From Terriglobia bacterium (GTDB lineage: Bacteria; Acidobacteriota; Terriglobia; Versatilivoradales; Versatilivoraceae): a stretch of DNA of 39,771 nucleotides. Position 1 is the first letter of the stretch, and each line of letters begins with the position of its first letter. Below, one piece after another: positions 34,448 through 39,771 of this stretch. Made by a program: the position numbers and the translations under genes. Location of the stretch: NCBI GenBank assembly GCA_041484625.1, contig JBGPHY010000003.1, positions 1 to 39,771 of the forward strand, read 5' to 3'. The notes beneath the pieces were generated by a model that had not been told where the DNA came from, made no database searches, and was given only the letters and a program-made list of their open reading frames with translations.

Positions 34448-34579
34448 TTCATCCTGAGTTGGGTATCGTGAGTGGTTTTCGAAAACTTTAGGTGTAATTT
34501 TGCTCACGGCAGGTTTGGTTAGAAGGAGGGTCAAAGAGGTAATAAAATAGATTCAATACAATAGTAAATTTCCGGTGCC

Positions 34580-35188
34580 ATGTTGACGAATAGAAGGGCG
34601 AGCAGTATCTTGTCCGGGGTCGGAATCCGGGGTTTGATCCAAAGTCAGAGGGATTTGCCCGTGAAGCTCTTGTCTGCCAAGCTTCCCAGGAAGAATTCAA
34701 GAAGTTCCAACATCCTCTTCTCTGCTTCCGGGGGGAGGCGAAATCTGTTGGGGTTTCCGCTTTTCAGCCTGGCCTTGCTATTGGCTCAGGGGTGTGGGTT
34801 GTCTTCTCGTAACGAGGATCAAGAGCGGTTACAGAATTATCGCAAGCTCCTTGTTGTGAGCGGAGTGAATTCCTATTACCACGTAGAGCCAAAGACAAAA
34901 ACCTCCTACCCCTTGGTCCGTGGAACACTCCGGAACCTGGGCAGCGAGTCGCTGGAAGTGGTCGAGTTCATTGTAAAGTTCAAGGACCAATTCGACCACG
35001 TCATCTACGAAGAGCGCACCTATCCTGTATTTCTATCCGAGTATTCCAGCGCTTCTCCCCAGGCGCCGTTGAACCCGAGCCAGAGCATGCGTTTTGCCTT
35101 GAAATTTCCAAGTTGTCCTCCGGAATGGAAAGAAGGAAAGGTGGAGATTGAGGTTTCCAAGATAGTTTTTCAAAAGCACTCCTCTTAG
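34580..35188 (+). CDS. Putative lipoprotein with an Ig-like (FxLYD/DUF3426-like) beta domain
   Basis: Hydrophobic stretch ending LLAQGC (lipobox-like), then VRGTLRNLG.ESL..VE..VKFKD..D.VI and PLNP.QS.RF. The true start is probably downstream of 34580. Confidence 0.6.
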   Translation: MLTNRRASSILSGVGIRGLIQSQRDLPVKLLSAKLPRKNSRSSNILFSASGGRRNLLGFPLFSLALLLAQGCGLSSRNEDQERLQNYRKLLVVSGVNSYYHVEPKTKTSYPLVRGTLRNLGSESLEVVEFIVKFKDQFDHVIYEERTYPVFLSEYSSASPQAPLNPSQSMRFALKFPSCPPEWKEGKVEIEVSKIVFQKHSS

Positions 35189-35200
35189 GCGATTATTTTG

Positions 35201-35230
35201 TTGTTACTGGCCCGAATACCTTCGTATAAT
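35201..35230 (+). promoter_or_regulatory. Sigma70-type promoter for the PilZ gene
   Basis: TTGTTA-N18-TATAAT, 53 nt upstream of an ATG preceded by GGAG. Confidence 0.55.
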
Positions 35231-35283
35231 TATAGTTCGCTGTCCCGACAATAATCTTTCCATGAAGACGGAGTAGGTTTGTC

Positions 35284-35628
35284 ATGCTTTCCAGTCGGAA
35301 TGTACCTACCGCCGGTCGGCGAGCTGCGAAGCGGGTCAACCTGAGAATTCCATTTCATGTGTATGGTCGTGACGAGAACGGCGCAACTTTCCAAAGCCGT
35401 GCCGAAACCGTCAATGTCAGCAGCAAGGGAGGATGCCTAGTTCTGGATAAGGACCCGATCCGGGGGCAGAATTTAAAGATCGTCGGACCCAAGGGGGCGG
35501 CGTTCATCGCCCGGGTCTGCTGGTCGAATTATGTAATGAGGAAGAATATCCGCTTCGTCGGCTTTGCCCTGACACGCTTTGGAAGAGAGTGGGTACTCAT
35601 CGACAAGAACCACTCGTTCCCCCGCTAG
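35284..35628 (+). CDS. Stand-alone PilZ-domain protein (c-di-GMP receptor)
   Basis: RxxxR (RAAKR) and [D/N]xSxxG (NVSSKG) motifs, followed by ARVCW...VGFAL beta-barrel strands. Confidence 0.85.
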   Translation: MLSSRNVPTAGRRAAKRVNLRIPFHVYGRDENGATFQSRAETVNVSSKGGCLVLDKDPIRGQNLKIVGPKGAAFIARVCWSNYVMRKNIRFVGFALTRFGREWVLIDKNHSFPR

Positions 35629-35736
35629 TTTCCTTCTTCCCTCGGCTGAACACCATTGTCTCGAACAAGAACCTGCAGGAGAAACTGAGGGAAACTGGTC
35701 ACCATTAAAAGTCTTCCACACGGAGCAACACATCCA

Positions 35737-36510
35737 CTAATTGGCCGGGGGCAAGCCCGAACTGAATCCTCCGTCGACGACTACTGACGAACCGGTCATG
35801 AAGGACGCCTCGTCGCTGGCAAGAAACACAGCCACTCGTGCCACTTCCTCAGGCCGGCCAACCCTCCAGAGCGCGTGCAGTCGTCCCGCCGCTGCTCGCG
35901 CTGCTGCTGGATCAGGCTGAGCCTGGAAGTAACTTTCGGCCAGCCCGGTGTCGATGTAACCGGGACAGATGCAGTTGACTCGAATGCCTTCCTTGCCATG
36001 GTCAATGGCCATGGCCTTAGTGAATCCAATGATGCCGGCCTTGGTGGCGCAATAGCCGGCACAAAGGGGTTCGACGAAAAAACCGTTGTCTGAGGACATG
36101 TTGATAATGCATCCTCGGGTCATCCGCAGTAATGGTAGGAAATACTTCGAGCAATGAAAAACGCCCCCCAGATTCACTGCGATCTGTCGATTCCATTCCT
36201 CGACAGTGGTGTCCTCCACAGTTTTGCTAACCTGAATAGCCGCATTATTCAGCAGCACATGAATCTGTGAAAAGGCACTCACAGTGTTGGCCACTAGCTG
36301 CTTGACAGATTCTGGTCGTGACACATCGGTTTCGAAGGCCCTTGCGAGCCCTCCCGGCCGTTCAATCTGGCGAACAGTCTCCTGCGCGCTTGAGAGATTG
36401 ATGTCCACTACGGCCACGACCGCCCCTTCCCTGGCAAACTCCAGCGCACAGGCTCGTCCAATGCCGGAACCAGCGCCGGTGATAACAACGACACGATCCT
36501 TCAGTCTCAT
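35737..36510 (-). CDS. SDR-family NAD(P)-dependent oxidoreductase
   Basis: ITGAGSGIG, LLNNAA, YCATK (YxxxK), IRVNCICPG, FMTG..VVVDGG. Start at ATG 36510. Confidence 0.95.
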   Translation of the reverse strand: MRLKDRVVVITGAGSGIGRACALEFAREGAVVAVVDINLSSAQETVRQIERPGGLARAFETDVSRPESVKQLVANTVSAFSQIHVLLNNAAIQVSKTVEDTTVEEWNRQIAVNLGGVFHCSKYFLPLLRMTRGCIINMSSDNGFFVEPLCAGYCATKAGIIGFTKAMAIDHGKEGIRVNCICPGYIDTGLAESYFQAQPDPAAARAAAGRLHALWRVGRPEEVARVAVFLASDEASFMTGSSVVVDGGFSSGLPPAN

Positions 36511-36542
36511 GGTTGCCTTTCCGGAGTGAGATATTTCGAATG

Positions 36543-37247
36543 TCACAGTACACCAAACTTATCATAAACTTCACGTAGCGTTCTGCCGGCCAGCAGTTCC
36601 TGACGCGACAAATTCTCTTTGCTAACCTTCTCGAGCGCTTTCTTTAGTACATCCTGTTCCACCTCTTTGGGGATGACGACCACACCATCAAAATCCGCGA
36701 ATATCAATTCCCCCGGCTCCACAAGGACTTCCCCGCAACGAACCGGAACATCATAGGCAATTACCCGGCCCCGTCCTTTGGAGTCCACCGGCTTTATGCC
36801 CGCATAGTAGACGGGAAAATCCATTTCAATGATTCGGACGCAATCTCGAATCTGGCTGTCGCACACACAACCGACGGCCCCGTTGCGCATGGCGATGGTG
36901 GACATCAGTTCGCCCCATGGAGCATTGGTGCCGCTACAATCGGTCGAGTGGACCACCACATCCCCTGCCTTGAGAGAATCCATCACTTCTATCTCCAGGC
37001 CATAAGGATCCTCATTGACAATGTAATCGGTTTCCATCCAACGGACGGTCCGGGCTCGTCCGACAAACCCGCAGGTCTTTCGGTCAGGCAAGAGCGGACG
37101 CAAACGCTGATGCATAGCCTGGTGACGAAAGCCTAACTCATCGAGGGCGTCGCAAACGACCGCCACATAAAGCTTCTGCTTCATGTCGGCCAAAGTTGCC
37201 CGTCCGGGGCGTGTATTGGAACCGATGTGCCCCTTCTTTTTGCTCAT
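36543..37247 (-). CDS. RraA-like / HMG-CHA aldolase family protein
   Basis: VCDALDELG, GRART, APWGELMS..A..NGAVG.V.D..IRD, V.PGELIFAD.DGVVVIP. Confidence 0.9.
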   Translation of the reverse strand: MSKKKGHIGSNTRPGRATLADMKQKLYVAVVCDALDELGFRHQAMHQRLRPLLPDRKTCGFVGRARTVRWMETDYIVNEDPYGLEIEVMDSLKAGDVVVHSTDCSGTNAPWGELMSTIAMRNGAVGCVCDSQIRDCVRIIEMDFPVYYAGIKPVDSKGRGRVIAYDVPVRCGEVLVEPGELIFADFDGVVVIPKEVEQDVLKKALEKVSKENLSRQELLAGRTLREVYDKFGVL

Positions 37248-37482
37248 GAAAGATGCCTCCTGGATTCTTCCCGCTCTATTGCAGCCTGCATAGCAGGATG
37301 GCTACGTACAAGGCTCTGGGCTGGTTGTCAAACTGCACACCCGGCGAAAGACAGATTCTCTATCTCTGCAGAAAGTGGATGTTGACGTGGTGTCGTCACT
37401 GAATAATGCGGAGTTCATTCCGGCTGAATTCCGACTCTGCGAAGGTGTCGGGAAAAAGTAAGGGTCAATGAGGGCTACCACG

Positions 37483-39771
37483 TCACTTCATCTCATCAAC
37501 GGCGAATTTCTCTATGTATTCCATTTCATTGGATCTCCCCGGGGCAAGTATATCCAGTTCAATACGTCCCATCAGCAAGCCCGGAGAATAAGCACTGATG
37601 ACCGCATGACCGGTCCGGGCAGTGGCACGGAAAGCAACACACGTCTTGCCCGCGACAACGTTCCAAGTCAAGCCTGTACCGTGCCCCAGCCAGGTTTGTT
37701 CCAGCAATTCGCCCGGTCCGTAAGAGGTAAAAGTAATTGGATGATGAGAGAATGGGACAATAGTCCCCTGTTGATCCACCACCATGGCTGTGATGTAGGC
37801 TAGACTTTCGGGGTCGCCCGAGCTAAGCCGGGAAACATCTGCCTCAAGTACTATCCGCTGGGCTGGGCCGGCTGTCTTAACTTCATGGCTGATCTCCTTT
37901 CCCAGTGCATGGGCAAGAGCCCTCAGAGTCCCTGGCTGGTAAGGAATCTGCCAGGAGAAAGGCGGATGAACCAAGCCCAGGAGTTCCCCTTGGGATCTGG
38001 CTCCCAACGGTTTTCCATTGAGAAACAGTTCCACCGCTTCAATATTACTGTAGACCTTCACAGTCCGGGTGTTACCTTCCTCCCCCGGCCAGGTCCAATG
38101 CCCTACGATATGCACCATCGGTTTAGCGCTCCACTGACTCTGGTAGAAGTAATAGACCTCTTTGGGAATTCTCCAAATATCTGTTATGCCAAAGGCGACC
38201 ACGTGGGGGGTGACCGTATCATAGGATTCACCATCGTAGTCGAATTGGTGCCAGATCATCCCCCCTGCCATCCAGGGCCGCAAGTTCAATTGGTGTAGAT
38301 ACTCCTCATGTCTTGCACAGGCGAGGTCCTCGCTTTCCGGTCCCTTACCATAGATCCCGCGACCCATCGTTGAGGCGCTGTATTCCGCAGTCAAATAACA
38401 GCGGCCGGGGTATTTCCTGTGCTTCTCGTCGGTTTCTTTCTCGACACCGAGGCCGACAATGTCGACCAGCGCCTCTATATCTTCTCCCCGGGGGGCGTGC
38501 ATCCCCACAGGACGCGACGGATCGAGTTCTCGGTATTTCCTGCTGATGGTTTCCACCACCCGCCGGGAAACAGCTTGCGGCGCGTTTACTTCGCCAGCTA
38601 TCCCCCAGACAATCACTGAGGGATGGTTTCGGTCCCGCTCGATCATCTCAACCGCCATGTTGTTGACGTTGGCGATGTACTCATTGGGATCGCCGATCTC
38701 TTTGTTGATAGGTAGTTCTTCCCAGACCATTAGGCCCAGGCGGTCGGAAGCTTCGATGGTAGCCGCGTCGTGGGGGTAATGCGACGTCCGCCAGAAATTT
38801 ACTCCCATCTCCTTTATCACTTCCATATCTTTTACATGCCGCGAGTTGGGAAGTGCATTCCCCATCCCCGGATAAGATTGATGCCAATTGGTTCCTTGAA
38901 TCTGAACCCGCTTGCCATTTAGGAAGAACCCTTTCTGCGAGTCGAATCTAAACCAGCGAAACCCCAGCGGATTCTCAACCACGTCGATGACGCGGTCCCC
39001 ATCCTTCAAGATCGTTTTGATCCTGTAAAGTTGAGGAGTATCGGGTGACCATAACAAAGGGTTCTTGACTGTTCCGTTGCTCCTGCTCACAACACCATTT
39101 TCGCCTGCACCTGAGCGCAGCTCGGAAGCTGTTCTCTGTACAAGTCGATTCTGTGGGTCATAGACCTCGTCGATGACGTTCAAGGTCTTCGCTTCGTGCG
39201 TCGTGTTGCTAACCAGAACCTCCAACTGAAGTTCAGCAGAGTCATGACTGACAGAGGGAGTTGTCCATCGGACTTTCGATAGGAAGATCGGTTCGGTAAC
39301 CCTGAGCCAGACATCCCGATAAATCCCGCCGTAGAAACTATAGTCGGTCTTCACAGTAGGTGGTACTGTCGCATGAAAGAGATTGTCCACTTTGACTGTG
39401 AGAATGTTGCCGTGATCGCCAATCCGGACTGTTTGGGTGATATCGAATTCAAAGCCGGTGTACCCCCCCTTATGCTCCCCCAGCTTGTGTCCGTTCAGCC
39501 AAAACTCGGCCACGTGGTTAACGCCTTCGAATTCCAGGAAGATTCTCTTACCAGAGTATTGGCCTTCGAGTCTGAAGTGCTTCCTGTACCAGTCGATGTC
39601 TCGCCAGTAACCAGGTCTTTCATCGCTGACATCATGGGCATTCCAGGTATGTGGGAGCTGAATCGTTTGCCACCAAGAATCGTCGTATCCCGGCGCGTCG
39701 GCTCCGAGGAAGCGGGATTCGACCTGCCCAGCCTGTCCGATGTTTCGGTCAAACGAGCCCAAATCACCGGC
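37483..39771 (-). CDS. Glycoside hydrolase family 2 (beta-galactosidase-like), 5' end beyond the right edge
   Basis: LPHTWN, WYRKHF, LEFEGV, HKGGYTGF, YGGIYRDVWL, RTSHYP, RDRNHPSVIVWG, C-terminal Ig-like domains. The frame is open to 39771. The acid/base motif reads IAGE rather than the usual NE. Confidence 0.95.
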   Translation of the reverse strand, partial: AGDLGSFDRNIGQAGQVESRFLGADAPGYDDSWWQTIQLPHTWNAHDVSDERPGYWRDIDWYRKHFRLEGQYSGKRIFLEFEGVNHVAEFWLNGHKLGEHKGGYTGFEFDITQTVRIGDHGNILTVKVDNLFHATVPPTVKTDYSFYGGIYRDVWLRVTEPIFLSKVRWTTPSVSHDSAELQLEVLVSNTTHEAKTLNVIDEVYDPQNRLVQRTASELRSGAGENGVVSRSNGTVKNPLLWSPDTPQLYRIKTILKDGDRVIDVVENPLGFRWFRFDSQKGFFLNGKRVQIQGTNWHQSYPGMGNALPNSRHVKDMEVIKEMGVNFWRTSHYPHDAATIEASDRLGLMVWEELPINKEIGDPNEYIANVNNMAVEMIERDRNHPSVIVWGIAGEVNAPQAVSRRVVETISRKYRELDPSRPVGMHAPRGEDIEALVDIVGLGVEKETDEKHRKYPGRCYLTAEYSASTMGRGIYGKGPESEDLACARHEEYLHQLNLRPWMAGGMIWHQFDYDGESYDTVTPHVVAFGITDIWRIPKEVYYFYQSQWSAKPMVHIVGHWTWPGEEGNTRTVKVYSNIEAVELFLNGKPLGARSQGELLGLVHPPFSWQIPYQPGTLRALAHALGKEISHEVKTAGPAQRIVLEADVSRLSSGDPESLAYITAMVVDQQGTIVPFSHHPITFTSYGPGELLEQTWLGHGTGLTWNVVAGKTCVAFRATARTGHAVISAYSPGLLMGRIELDILAPGRSNEMEYIEKFAVDEMK

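Noticed and set aside
34391-34534. 48-aa N-terminal extension of the response regulator given in the ORF track
   Set aside because: It starts at TTG and contains the sigma54 box. ATG 34390 has a ribosome-binding site and begins just before the receiver domain.
34563-34580. TGGCAC on the minus strand as a canonical sigma54 -24 box
   Set aside because: There is no GC at the required -12 spacing (TGGCACCGGAAATTTA).
1-39771. CRISPR arrays, rRNA/tRNA genes, transposases, integrases or prophage genes
   Set aside because: None recognised by eye. The intergenic gaps are short and accounted for. A covariance-model search would be needed to exclude small RNAs or riboswitches.

Overview
About 34.4 kb of this window (1-34390) is a large flagellar biogenesis cluster encoded almost entirely on the minus strand. 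In transcription order (right to left) it contains a receiver + coiled-coil regulator, a PAS sensor kinase with a sigma54 activator (FlrB/FlrC- or FleS/FleR-like), flgBC-fliEFGHIJK, flgDE, fliL-fliN-fliOPQR-flhB, flhAFG-fliM-fliN plus two accessory genes, flgFG-flgA-flgHI, a FlgJ-M23 peptidase fusion, flgM, a 69-aa orphan and a probable flgN that runs off the left edge. The right end holds a putative lipoprotein, a stand-alone PilZ protein and a sugar-catabolic block (SDR, RraA-like aldolase, GH2 glycosidase cut by the right edge). The host is a diderm because it has L and P rings; an Acidobacteriota-like affiliation is my impression only. Direct reading of the DNA shows five things the ORF track misses. 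(1) flgM and fliG each carry a single in-frame stop, with the conserved C-terminus intact beyond it. (2) Eight start-proximal regions carry a sigma54-type GG-N10-GC promoter with a non-canonical TGG(A/T) -24 box, accompanied by two classes of candidate enhancer and a sigma28 promoter before flgM. (3) A zinc-finger/MshEN protein with no ATPase domain closes the flhA operon. (4) Two 5'-truncated metabolic gene remnants sit antisense at operon junctions. (5) motAB and fliA are absent from their usual positions.
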